DNA from: a virus
Virus record (IMG/VR): IMGVR_UViG_3300006040_000001
Coordinates: 36,695 to 100,694 of that record
Strand: one strand, 5' to 3'
DNA length: 64,000 nt
Shown: positions 30,682 through 40,292 of the stretch, piece after piece
Position numbering within the stretch: the stretch's first letter is position 1
Layout of the letters: the number at the start of each line of letters is the position of its first letter
Position numbers and translations under genes: made by a program
The notes under the pieces: model-generated
The model's database searches: none
What the model was told of the DNA's origin: nothing
Seen by the model: the letters and a program-made list of their open reading frames with translations, nothing else

Positions 30682-31335
30682 ATGCAGTCAAATGAATGGG
30701 TACCGTATACACGTTTCATTAATCCCGTGCAGGGATCACCCAACCCAATGCACGGTCAAGCCGGTGCGTATGTCATAACACATACTCCTACGATGATGTT
30801 TTATATTGGCAGTACGCGGAATGTGTCTAAAAGGATCACTATGCACATCCACCAACTAAATACAGTGAAACACGCTAATGTACGCTTACAGCAGCTATAT
30901 CGTACACCGGATGATCTAGAAGTAGATGTATTACCGTGTGTAGATATAGCGTCCGCTTTAGCCATAGAGCAGCAGCTACTAGACCGCTATATAGGTACTT
31001 ACTTCTGCTGTAATGTCAGTACCGACGTAAGTGCGCCAGCCACTGGGTTAAAGCAATCCGATGAAGCTAAGCTAAAGAATAAGCTTAGTAACACTGGTCG
31101 AGTCGTAAGCGAGTCTACCAAACTAAAGATGGCCGAGAGTCGTAACACTTGGAAGACCTCTGAATCAGCCAAAGCCCATTTGGATGCTATGAACGCCTCC
31201 AAACGCCGTGCGCTAACCATAGACGGTATTTACTATAACTCAGTTGCAGCTGCTGCAAAAGAACTACAACTGACTACAGGTAATATCGGTCATCGCGCTA
31301 GAAGCAAAAACTATCCAAACTACGTTTATGCGTAG
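30682..31335 (+). CDS. Free-standing GIY-YIG homing endonuclease with NUMOD3-like repeats and C-terminal HTH
   Basis: GAYVITH...FYIGST...R...H, IEQQLLD, CCN; basic repeats; IDGIYYNSVAAAAKEL. Confidence 0.85.
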   Translation: MQSNEWVPYTRFINPVQGSPNPMHGQAGAYVITHTPTMMFYIGSTRNVSKRITMHIHQLNTVKHANVRLQQLYRTPDDLEVDVLPCVDIASALAIEQQLLDRYIGTYFCCNVSTDVSAPATGLKQSDEAKLKNKLSNTGRVVSESTKLKMAESRNTWKTSESAKAHLDAMNASKRRALTIDGIYYNSVAAAAKELQLTTGNIGHRARSKNYPNYVYA

Positions 31336-31338
31336 TTT

Positions 31339-31371
31339 AAAAACAGTGTAGCCGGCACTGTTTTTTTTTTT
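31339..31371. terminator. Bidirectional intrinsic terminator
   Basis: AAAAACAGTG-loop-CACTG plus T11, between convergent genes. Confidence 0.6.
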
Positions 31372-31373
31372 GG

Positions 31374-32909
31374 TTAGACACTACTCCACCAGGCGCCTTC
31401 GCCGCCATCTGATACGGTCTTACCGCCGACGCTGCGGCGGGAGCAATCTACACCTAATATGTCGTCGGGGATGGTGCCTACTTGCTGAAATTTGTAGACG
31501 AAATATAAGTCGCGCTCGGGTGTTATCGTGGCTTTGCGATGCTTGCCTCTCTGGAATGTTAAATAAGACTCACCGTTGACTTTGACAATATGCTGATATA
31601 TTTCTAAGTCAACTTCCTGATCGATCGTTTTGCATGAGTCCCAATATCCGCGGTTAGCGATTTCTTGTACGAAGTTATCCACACCCACACGCGTTAACTG
31701 TTTAGCTTCGGTGGATAATTGATGTGGTGTAATACAGATGATGCCTTTCTTGCTAGTAAAGTTACGCACACGACGGTATAGGTCGCGGAACTCCACGCCA
31801 GCGGGACCTGTAGCACAGCCGCGTTTCGACATCATGGGTAGATAATCGATGTTGAGCATAATAACTTCATAGCCTTGTGCTTCAAATCGTTCTACACGGT
31901 CGAACAAATCACGGAACGTAAACTCCGATGGATCAATGTGACACATGTTGATGTGGAACCCAGTAGCCTGTAACCGATCCGTTACATAACGCGTGGCTTC
32001 GTCGATGTCAATCATTTTAGGATCGGTATACACCCCTGTTTCATTTTCTACTAAGGAACGATACAGATACGTCATATCGAGTTCAATAGGGTTTTCAAAA
32101 CTAATACGCATTAATAGCGGTTTCTTAGTAGGGTCGCGTAGCATAGGAATGTTATATAAAGCAGCGCTCTTAAACATCTCTAAAGTTGTGCCAGATTTAA
32201 AGTTGTGCTGTAATGCACCCACTACAATCATCTCACCTCGTCTAGCGCCCATACTGGCACCAAACATTCGATTTAGACCCTGCCATCCAAACTGGATAAT
32301 CCCGCGTGTATCTAGTTCGTTAACACCACGCTGGAATACGTTCTTAACAGCTGCTGTGTCACCGAACATCACATCGCTTACTACGCTAGGGTGGGCTGCT
32401 TCAATACAGTCATTATTAGAGTAGGGTGTAAGAGCTTCAGTTAGCTCTTTAATATAGTGTCGCCAGTCAATAGTGCTAGACTGGAACCACGTCTTAGTAT
32501 AGGCCTCCTTGAGCAGCTCCTTGACTTTGGATTGATTTATGTATTGTCTTAGCACATGCTTATAGCTAATAACAATTTCTTTCAGTGCCTCTGGCTCAAA
32601 ATCAGGCGCTATACCCGATACCAGTGAGTCATATAGACCGTTATCATTACCGCAGTTTACACGCAGTTGTTGTAGCAACTCATGTTTATCGTAATGATGG
32701 TCCTGTGGGTTAGCGTTCATCCACCGCGCTGTTTCACGCAGACTAATTAAAGGATCTTTACCGAACTCATTAGTAGCGTAAGATTCTGGCAATTTAATAT
32801 GAGTCAAGATTGATGTGATTAGCTCTGTAGAGCCATTACTACGTTCGTCTAACTTGGATTCCAAGTAGATCAGGGTAATAAGCTTGACCAGTAGTAGTTT
32901 CGTATCCAT
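31374..32909 (-). CDS. dnaB: DnaB-like replicative helicase, phiKZ gp118-like
   Basis: GWQGLNRM, variant Walker A GALQHNFKSG, ISFEN, IDYL, TPHQLS, QEVDLE, RGKHR; divergent from the capsid operon. Confidence 0.8.
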   Translation of the reverse strand: MDTKLLLVKLITLIYLESKLDERSNGSTELITSILTHIKLPESYATNEFGKDPLISLRETARWMNANPQDHHYDKHELLQQLRVNCGNDNGLYDSLVSGIAPDFEPEALKEIVISYKHVLRQYINQSKVKELLKEAYTKTWFQSSTIDWRHYIKELTEALTPYSNNDCIEAAHPSVVSDVMFGDTAAVKNVFQRGVNELDTRGIIQFGWQGLNRMFGASMGARRGEMIVVGALQHNFKSGTTLEMFKSAALYNIPMLRDPTKKPLLMRISFENPIELDMTYLYRSLVENETGVYTDPKMIDIDEATRYVTDRLQATGFHINMCHIDPSEFTFRDLFDRVERFEAQGYEVIMLNIDYLPMMSKRGCATGPAGVEFRDLYRRVRNFTSKKGIICITPHQLSTEAKQLTRVGVDNFVQEIANRGYWDSCKTIDQEVDLEIYQHIVKVNGESYLTFQRGKHRKATITPERDLYFVYKFQQVGTIPDDILGVDCSRRSVGGKTVSDGGEGAWWSSV

Positions 32910-32940
32910 AGTGCATTCCACCTTTATAAAGAGCATTTTT

Positions 32941-33567
32941 ATGTACCCACGTATCTCCCTAGTGATTATACCGCACTGGTTAGTAAAGGTATTAGAATCC
33001 CACGGTTTAACAATGAGTCATGCGTTAGATATCGTTTCGCTATCGCGCATACTATGCCATGATGACGTAGGTTTTTATGTAGCGATCAATCGTTATCTGT
33101 TTGACAAAATACATAAGTCCCTACGCGAGACGTTTACGTGTTTCGATTTAACGAATGCTAAATCCAGCGTGTTGCCTGATGCAGATGGTTTTTATCCTAG
33201 TGATGCAGACGTTAGTCGCATTACGCAGATCGTATCCGATAAGCTATGGAATCAGTTTGCCACACCGGATCGCATGCCAGACGCTGAACATCTCTTAGAC
33301 GTGATGCCTCATAACGAGTCTACGAGTGGTTTAGCTAATCCTATTGATGTAGAGCAACAGTTAAACTTTACAGTGTTCAGTATTAAGGATGATGTATTCG
33401 GTATTACCTTTAGCCCCAAAGAGACTAATATCTCCCCATTAGTGCAAACAATACAATCTTATGACGCAGTACTATCGCTATTATCTGGATTGTATGGGTT
33501 TGAAGCCACTGCGCAGTTGCCGTTATTTAACGCGTACAGTCTAGCGTGCCGTTATATTACCGCATAA
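32941..33567 (+). CDS. Conserved hypothetical protein (gp119 position)
   Basis: ATG at 32941; lies between helicase and capsid genes. Confidence 0.5.
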   Translation: MYPRISLVIIPHWLVKVLESHGLTMSHALDIVSLSRILCHDDVGFYVAINRYLFDKIHKSLRETFTCFDLTNAKSSVLPDADGFYPSDADVSRITQIVSDKLWNQFATPDRMPDAEHLLDVMPHNESTSGLANPIDVEQQLNFTVFSIKDDVFGITFSPKETNISPLVQTIQSYDAVLSLLSGLYGFEATAQLPLFNAYSLACRYITA

Positions 33568-33720
33568 TAGCGATAGATGCTAAATATATAGGGTAGAAAT
33601 ACTCTTTTTTACCACCGTGTCTATAGCACTGAGATTACCCTTTTAAAATACGTATTTATATGGGGCTTTCCGTGTGTAAATACGCACTCATCAATACTTC
33701 CGTCAGAAGGATTTAGAAAT

Positions 33721-35922
33721 ATGTCTAAACTTACCGCACGTTCAACACCTAATCGCGATTTACGCGAAGTGGTTAATACGTTAAAAACCAAAATTGCACA
33801 GGGCGGCTCGGCCTTTGTTTCAGCTGACGATACGAAGAATGTATTGTCGTTAGAATCATTGACACCGGGTCAGTTAGAAAACTCTGCTTATAAACACAAC
33901 GAGTTAGTTACCGTTGTTAAAGAAGCGTTTAAAGCTCAAGGCTTCGGCATCGAAGACATTAAAGCCTTTACGCCACAACAATGGGAAGCGGGTGCTATTG
34001 CATTGGCTGCTTGTGGTAATCCATTGGCATACGCTCATAAAGCGATGACCATGGAAAACTTGAGTGCGTTGGCGAATGAAAACACGCAGATTATTGACCA
34101 CGGCATGGAATCAGGTTTTGACTATCGCGCCGAGCACAAAATTGCGTTAGAAGCATTTGATGATCGTAACTTGGTAGACAACTTAGCGTTCAACGTTATG
34201 TTCAACGTTGCTGCTGCACGTCAAGACGAATTCGGCGAAGCGTTTTTCCCAACCACGGTAGTTACGCCTGACCAATCCGGTGTAGCGGTAAGCGTTCGTA
34301 AAATTCAGGTTTACAACGAAGTTCGCCATAGTTTGTCCGGCAAACCTACTGACTTTAACATGATGAATTTGTTAGATGCGGTGGTTGATGCTAGTATTTT
34401 GGCTAACACATCTACAGATGCTGTGCCATACTACGTTACTGGTAATGCCGAAAACAACGCTAACTTCTGCGCAGTAGTAACACCGCACGACGTTACTGTT
34501 AACGGTGCTACATTTAAAACCGCACCGTTGTTGCCGAACATTGATATTGGTTTGTTAGGCTTAGCGCAAAACCCAGGCGTAACACCTGCTGGTCAGTTCG
34601 ATAGTTTCGATGCGTTGGATCACCGTATTACGTTGAACCAACTCTACATCTCTGTTACTAGTACTGCTGCTGCCGTTACCAGCATTATTCCGGTGGTGAC
34701 TGAGTCCTTACCGCGTACGCAATACCACAAGTCCAATGAAGGACAAGAACGTGAGATGCAGTTAAACTTCATCACCACGGACATTCCTTTAACTGGCTTG
34801 ACCAAAAACACAGCTAATGTTGCTGCTCCTGCATTGGTGTATTTAGCCGATCCGTTGCGTGCTGATTGGATTGTGCGTTTGAAGATCTCTGTTAGTGGTC
34901 GTGCTAATTTGCAATACGGTACAGTTTCTGCTACTCCAGCATTAGTTGTTATCGATAGCGCATGGGTTGCACACGGTGACGGTACGTTTGATCCAGTTAC
35001 ACCAGCCGAACTCACCGCGTTGAAAGCTGAACTCGTTAGTATGACTGTGGTTGGTTACGACTTAGGCGCTAAGCGTTCTAACACTAACCGTCGCACATTA
35101 GGTTTGTTGGTTAACTCCATCGAGCAAAATGAAATCCATTCGATTCCATTAGGCGCACCGATTACTGCTAACAACCCAGCAACGCAAACCAAAACCAACA
35201 CGGATATTACTGCGCCTATTACAGCCGCACGTATTCGTAACTCTAACAACGCGGTATCTAAGTTGTTGCAGTACGCTGCTCAGCTCAGTGCGTTGAAAGT
35301 GTCTTACGACCGTAAAACTCCAGTACCTTCTATCCAAGGTATTGCGCGTCACGTGTTGCGTCCGTTCTACGAGCATAGCGCCTTCGATGCTGTTAACACT
35401 GTTAACTCGATCAAATCACAAGACCGTGCATTGGATTTATCCGCTGCAATGATTAACCGTCTCCGTGAAATGATTTACCGCATGTACCGTGACTCCGGTT
35501 ACCAAATTGCGTTAGATGCACACACAGGCCACACAGGCGAGCGTCCAATTGTATTGATCGGTACAGATCCAGTGATTCAACGTCACTTGATCATTCCTGG
35601 TGACACACGTTTGGCTTCTATTGGTTTCGAGCATCAAGTCGTTACCACTATGGACCAACGTATGTATGGTAAGATCTTCGTTACCTTAACACGTGCCAAT
35701 CAGAAAGGCGTAGATCCATTAAGCTTCGGCTTCATGGCTTGGATGCCAGAGCTTGCTACTAGCTTACAGATTACACGTAACAATTCTACAACGATTGAAT
35801 CCATGGTTCAACCACGTTCTGTACACGTTAACACATTGCCTTTGTTGTTGGAAATCGATGTGACTAACTTGGAAGAAGCGATCGGTGATCGTGTTTCCAT
35901 TCCGTTCAAAACTGTTCCTTAA
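33721..35922 (+). CDS. Major capsid protein, phiKZ gp120-like
   Basis: 733 aa. Propeptide ending IALE|AFD, then AARQDEFGEAFFPT, RSNTNRR.LG, VLIGTD and QPRSVHVNTLP; strong codon bias. Confidence 0.88.
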   Translation: MSKLTARSTPNRDLREVVNTLKTKIAQGGSAFVSADDTKNVLSLESLTPGQLENSAYKHNELVTVVKEAFKAQGFGIEDIKAFTPQQWEAGAIALAACGNPLAYAHKAMTMENLSALANENTQIIDHGMESGFDYRAEHKIALEAFDDRNLVDNLAFNVMFNVAAARQDEFGEAFFPTTVVTPDQSGVAVSVRKIQVYNEVRHSLSGKPTDFNMMNLLDAVVDASILANTSTDAVPYYVTGNAENNANFCAVVTPHDVTVNGATFKTAPLLPNIDIGLLGLAQNPGVTPAGQFDSFDALDHRITLNQLYISVTSTAAAVTSIIPVVTESLPRTQYHKSNEGQEREMQLNFITTDIPLTGLTKNTANVAAPALVYLADPLRADWIVRLKISVSGRANLQYGTVSATPALVVIDSAWVAHGDGTFDPVTPAELTALKAELVSMTVVGYDLGAKRSNTNRRTLGLLVNSIEQNEIHSIPLGAPITANNPATQTKTNTDITAPITAARIRNSNNAVSKLLQYAAQLSALKVSYDRKTPVPSIQGIARHVLRPFYEHSAFDAVNTVNSIKSQDRALDLSAAMINRLREMIYRMYRDSGYQIALDAHTGHTGERPIVLIGTDPVIQRHLIIPGDTRLASIGFEHQVVTTMDQRMYGKIFVTLTRANQKGVDPLSFGFMAWMPELATSLQITRNNSTTIESMVQPRSVHVNTLPLLLEIDVTNLEEAIGDRVSIPFKTVP

Positions 35923-35948
35923 TCCTACGCTCCACTGACGGTAGTTAG

Positions 35949-35980
35949 TTACGCGACTGTACTAATGTACAGTCGCGTAA
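35949..35980 (+). terminator. 14-bp stem hairpin after the capsid gene
   Basis: TTACGCGACTGTAC-TAAT-GTACAGTCGCGTAA. Confidence 0.6.
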
Positions 35981-35984
35981 TCTA

Positions 35985-36024
35985 TCCTTTTATGCAGGAA
36001 TTTGATCATGTCACAATTTACACA
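35985..36024 (+). repeat. 40-bp leader/start repeat copy B
   Basis: Identical to 15160-15199. Confidence 0.85.
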
Positions 36025-37351
36025 ATTACTGGGCTCTCGCTTAGGTTTAGAAGATTTAGTCGAAGATGCTGATTTATCAGCGGTAGTAACTGATGGCGAT
36101 GATACCGTAGAGGCCGCTGTAAGCGCTGCACAAACTGACGAAGCAGCCGTAGTAGACGCAGAAGCTCAGTCCGATACTCTAATGAATGACGTAGTGGCTC
36201 TAGAGTCTATTGCGTTTATCTTAGAGCATTCATTAGCCACAGGCGGTATGAATAAACACGGCATGGCGTTAACTAAGGTTACGTTACGTGGTATTGGTAG
36301 TCGTATGGGTTTAGAGCACGCCGTAGTAGCATCGCTAGAATCTATCGCAGCTAGTAAAGATAATGTCGCTATCACTACAGCTACTTTAGAATCCGTTAAA
36401 GATATGCTTAAAGGCTGGTGGGCTAGTTTTAAATCCATGGTCGAAAAGCTATTCAAACGTATCCGTGATTGGGTTAACAGTTTATTAGATGTTGTCCCGC
36501 GTATTAAAAAGCGTGCCGAAGCCATTAAAGCCAAAGCCAAGACCTCAGGTAAACCGTTTGGCGCCAAGACTGTAAAATACGGTAGCATCTCACGTATATC
36601 GATCGGTAACGAGAAACCAAAGCCGAACGATCTATGTCGCACGTTAGGTCAGCTACGTGATTATACACGCGATATGCTTAGCAGCGATCACTTAGGTGAA
36701 ACAGAGAAAGCATTAACTGCGTTGTTTAATCGTGGTGCGTCAGACAAAGTAACCGCTGCCGATATTAGCGAGTTAAACAAGAAGTTTAACGACGTAGTAA
36801 AAGCACTACCAGCTAAATATAAAGCTACTATCAAAGATACGTCTGGTCTTAATGGCGTGCTGTCGTATCATACGCAGACATTCCCAGGTGATTGTGCTGT
36901 CTCGATTGCTAGTGGCGGTGCAATGGATAAAAACGCTACTGACAAATGGTCCGTCAGTGAAGTTAAGATGCAGGTGATTGATCTCTACGCAGGTAAAACG
37001 CGTGTTACCAATTCCGGCGAGTTAGATATGATGGAGTCGAATCACGTAGAGGATACACTCAATGCCGTATTAGCGCTGTGTGATATTATCTCCGGGTATA
37101 AGAAGGGCTTGGATGCGCGTGACAAATCGAAGCAGTCGTTAATGGCCGCTATCGAGAAAGCTGTCAACGGCGCTAATAAAGCTGCGGAAGGGTCAGCTAA
37201 TGATACAGAGCTTGCTAAGACGTATCGCGATGCTGCCAAAGCAGCTAGCACACTCTGGAACAAAAGCCTTAGCCTAGATGCTAAATTCATATCTTACTTA
37301 ACGACCACTATGATGGCATGCCTAAGTTACGCCGATAAATGCGTTGCTTAA
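36008..37351 (+). CDS. Internal head protein, gp93-like paralog
   Basis: MSQFTQLLGSRLGLEDLV; ALES, GLEH, SLES, TLES; aligns along its length with 13679 (KGWW...PRIKKRA). Confidence 0.7.
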   Translation: MSQFTQLLGSRLGLEDLVEDADLSAVVTDGDDTVEAAVSAAQTDEAAVVDAEAQSDTLMNDVVALESIAFILEHSLATGGMNKHGMALTKVTLRGIGSRMGLEHAVVASLESIAASKDNVAITTATLESVKDMLKGWWASFKSMVEKLFKRIRDWVNSLLDVVPRIKKRAEAIKAKAKTSGKPFGAKTVKYGSISRISIGNEKPKPNDLCRTLGQLRDYTRDMLSSDHLGETEKALTALFNRGASDKVTAADISELNKKFNDVVKALPAKYKATIKDTSGLNGVLSYHTQTFPGDCAVSIASGGAMDKNATDKWSVSEVKMQVIDLYAGKTRVTNSGELDMMESNHVEDTLNAVLALCDIISGYKKGLDARDKSKQSLMAAIEKAVNGANKAAEGSANDTELAKTYRDAAKAASTLWNKSLSLDAKFISYLTTTMMACLSYADKCVA

Positions 37352-37372
37352 AGTAATATAAAACCATACCAC

Positions 37373-37414
37373 TTACTAGACGGCAGACATCGGTCTGCCG
37401 TCTAGTAATATGCC
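37373..37414 (+). terminator. 16-bp stem hairpin plus TATGCC
   Basis: TTACTAGACGGCAGAC-ATCG-GTCTGCCGTCTAGTAA-TATGCC. Confidence 0.7.
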
Positions 37415-37436
37415 GTATCGTACTAATATTTAGGTA

Positions 37437-37444
37437 TATATTAT
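37437..37444 (+). promoter_or_regulatory. Putative early promoter
   Basis: TATATTAT ahead of the operon carrying the nvRNAP subunit. Confidence 0.55.
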
Positions 37445-37475
37445 CTAAAGGATCCCTACCCATAAGGAATTGTGC

Positions 37476-38654
37476 ATGACTATAGAGTACACTATCCCAA
37501 CCACTGTAGCAGCGCCCATGGTAGCGGCGCATCACAGTAATTTAGACTCCAGTGAGGAGCGCGAGCGTGGTGCAGGCTATGCCCGTACCATTACATACAC
37601 TAACGGCACACCGTACATAATCAACGTCACGGAACGAGAGGGCATATCTGTTAGTATACCTAGTAACAACGGCGGTTTTAATGCAGGCGAGTTTTGTGTC
37701 TACGTAAGGTATCGAATCGGACCTAATGTAAATATTAATGCGACATCCTTATTAAATGCTGCTGAGTCAGATCTCACAGATGATCTACGTGCTATAAACG
37801 TCGCTATTCAACGTGAACGCGCTGTAGACCGACGTCAGCTAGCCGAAGGCGCTATTACATTCCAATTGATCTACCGCATACCAGCGGATATTATCAGTTT
37901 GTATAATGGCGCTATACACTTAAGTCAATTAGGCATAACACTGTCTACCCATCGTAAAGATGCGATCGTGGTGAATCCAGATTCTGAACACGGCGTATTA
38001 CTCATGGCTGGTAGCAGTGAAGATATAGCTGGACTACGAGTACGTATAGAGATCAATGACCCTGAACGTACCTATGGTAGCCGGTACGTAAACTTACATA
38101 ACCGTATTTATCGAATAGATACTACGATAGATAAAACCAAACGTGAAGGAGTATACCTGTATTCCACTAATCCGGAATTTAGGCCAGTAGGTAAAGTAAA
38201 AGATCGTTACGAGTTTTATGAAGCCGATGATGCATTAGGGCTATATAAAACGTATGACGACGCCAGATGTCACGGCGACGTAGTAGCAGAACGTAATCGT
38301 GAATATGAACGAACCAAACACGATGTCCGTATGGAATCGCTAGAGCAGGATCGAATCAAACAAGACTCTGCTGCTCAAGCATTATACATGAAATCATTTT
38401 TTGAGAAATTAGCGGCTTTAGAAGATTCGGCTAAGAAGAGCCATGAAACTTTTATAGAAATGCAAGTACGTCTAGAAAAAGAGCGTGCGGATGAACGCCG
38501 GCGACATCAAGAAGATGAAGCTAATAAACGTAAGGAAGAACAAGAACACCGATCAAACGATAGAAAAGAACGTCTAGAGTTTATTAAATGGTTTACAGCC
38601 ACTATAGTTGCAGTTACCGCATTAGCGACTGCATACTCCAAGATGTCCAATTAA
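37476..38654 (+). CDS. Coiled-coil protein with C-terminal transmembrane segment, phiKZ gp122-like
   Basis: AAGGA RBS; charged coiled coil then FIKWFTATIVAVTALATAY; upstream of the gp123-like gene. Confidence 0.55.
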   Translation: MTIEYTIPTTVAAPMVAAHHSNLDSSEERERGAGYARTITYTNGTPYIINVTEREGISVSIPSNNGGFNAGEFCVYVRYRIGPNVNINATSLLNAAESDLTDDLRAINVAIQRERAVDRRQLAEGAITFQLIYRIPADIISLYNGAIHLSQLGITLSTHRKDAIVVNPDSEHGVLLMAGSSEDIAGLRVRIEINDPERTYGSRYVNLHNRIYRIDTTIDKTKREGVYLYSTNPEFRPVGKVKDRYEFYEADDALGLYKTYDDARCHGDVVAERNREYERTKHDVRMESLEQDRIKQDSAAQALYMKSFFEKLAALEDSAKKSHETFIEMQVRLEKERADERRRHQEDEANKRKEEQEHRSNDRKERLEFIKWFTATIVAVTALATAYSKMSN

Positions 38655-38664
38655 CGAGGTTATT

Positions 38665-40272
38665 ATGGATACCGCTCTCTTCGCCGAAATACAGCGTTCC
38701 CTGCCGAAGTTTAATAGACGCATTACACGAGGGTTTGCTACCGAAGAGCTAAAAGGTGTGGAAGATTATATACAGCGTTTGATACGCTGTGCCGAGTTGA
38801 GATTCCCGCCAGGGTTAACGTATATGCGCTGTGAGCGCTGTACGCCTACTGAAGAATACAACTTCGCTACTGCTAAGAAAACTACTAAGCAGTATTACGA
38901 ATACAGTCAAACCGATGTGTATTTGATGAAGTACTACTTTGAATACAAAGGCGTGCCATTACGGCCGCGTTATCTCTATTTACCGTTTGTAGATGACGGC
39001 GGCATTATTCGTATCATGGGTAACCGGTTTAGCATTAGTCCCGTACTAGCTGATATCGCCGTGAGCGCGGGTGATGATAACGTATTCATACCGCTGAACC
39101 TAGACAAACTAACCTTTAGACGGGTACTACACCACTATGTCGTCGATGGCAAACGTGTAGGCGTAAGCGTGGTGCATAGTGAGGTATATCATCGATCCAA
39201 GAAATCTCGTGTAGGGCAGAAACGTACCATTAATGCCCTCTCCACGCTAGCGCATTATCAATTCGCTAAGTGGGGGTTACAGCAAACCTTTGCCCGATAT
39301 TTAAACACGGAGATAATGGTAGGTAACCCTGAGTACATCAACCACATTAATTTCCCTATAGACGAATGGGTTGTGTGTGAATCCACGCAGGTGAAACCCT
39401 ACGGTAACAAAAATAAATTTTACGTAGGTACTGATATCCGCATCGCTATTAGGCGTGAGCACTATAGCGCTAGCGCTTCGGGATTAATCGCAGGCTTTTT
39501 CTATATCGCCGATAGATTCCCTGAGCAAATGAATCCAGAATACGTAAACAACGAACGGTTCTGGCGTGAGCTATTAGGGCATGTTATTTTCGCTAGCGAA
39601 GAATCGGTAGGTAAGCTACTTAACAAAGTAGACGGACACATCGAATCACTCGATGGATACATCGATGCGATGTCGCAGGAATGGCTAAAAGAAGATAATG
39701 TTTTCGTGAACGATCTATACGAGTTATTCCAACACGTCATAGACACGTATAGTGAACGCACAGCCAACGCCGCTGCGACTAGCTCTACAATGTACGGTAA
39801 ACGTCTCATGGTGTTACGATACGTAATGATCGATGTGATCAAAGCGATCTTTAACATGATGTTCGGATTACAGACAGCCGCTAAGAAAGGGCTTACTGAG
39901 AACGACATCAACAAAATCATGGATACGCATTTTAAACCGCATATCATCCACCGTATTAACCACCGCCACGGCGAAGTATCTAGCGTATCTAATCCATCGC
40001 CCTGCATGAGTTTCAAAGTCACAAGTAACATCGTACTGCAAACGAATATTACTAGCGGTGCTAGCGCCGCTAAAACCAATACGATTACCTCAGCTAATAT
40101 ACTGCACTCTAGTATTGCTGAGATTGGTCAATTTAACAACCTACCCAAAGGAGAACCCACCGGCCGTAAACGGTTTAACCCTTACGGCGAAATTGATGAG
40201 CGTAACATTACTGTACAGCGTGAGCGTACGGCTGCTCTATTAAACCGCGTACAAGCGGACATTGAACGTTAA
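38665..40272 (+). CDS. Non-virion RNA polymerase beta-subunit N-terminal fragment, phiKZ gp123-like
   Basis: YLYLPFV...G..FSISPVLAD, MYGKRLMVLRYV, LHSSIAEIG...LPKGEPTGR..FNPY; size and synteny. Confidence 0.75.
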   Translation: MDTALFAEIQRSLPKFNRRITRGFATEELKGVEDYIQRLIRCAELRFPPGLTYMRCERCTPTEEYNFATAKKTTKQYYEYSQTDVYLMKYYFEYKGVPLRPRYLYLPFVDDGGIIRIMGNRFSISPVLADIAVSAGDDNVFIPLNLDKLTFRRVLHHYVVDGKRVGVSVVHSEVYHRSKKSRVGQKRTINALSTLAHYQFAKWGLQQTFARYLNTEIMVGNPEYINHINFPIDEWVVCESTQVKPYGNKNKFYVGTDIRIAIRREHYSASASGLIAGFFYIADRFPEQMNPEYVNNERFWRELLGHVIFASEESVGKLLNKVDGHIESLDGYIDAMSQEWLKEDNVFVNDLYELFQHVIDTYSERTANAAATSSTMYGKRLMVLRYVMIDVIKAIFNMMFGLQTAAKKGLTENDINKIMDTHFKPHIIHRINHRHGEVSSVSNPSPCMSFKVTSNIVLQTNITSGASAAKTNTITSANILHSSIAEIGQFNNLPKGEPTGRKRFNPYGEIDERNITVQRERTAALLNRVQADIER

Positions 40273-40292
40273 CCTAACCGGACACTAAAAAC

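Noticed and set aside
38665-40272. Truncated rpoB pseudogene
   Set aside because: Split beta/beta-prime subunits are the normal state of phiKZ-like RNA polymerases
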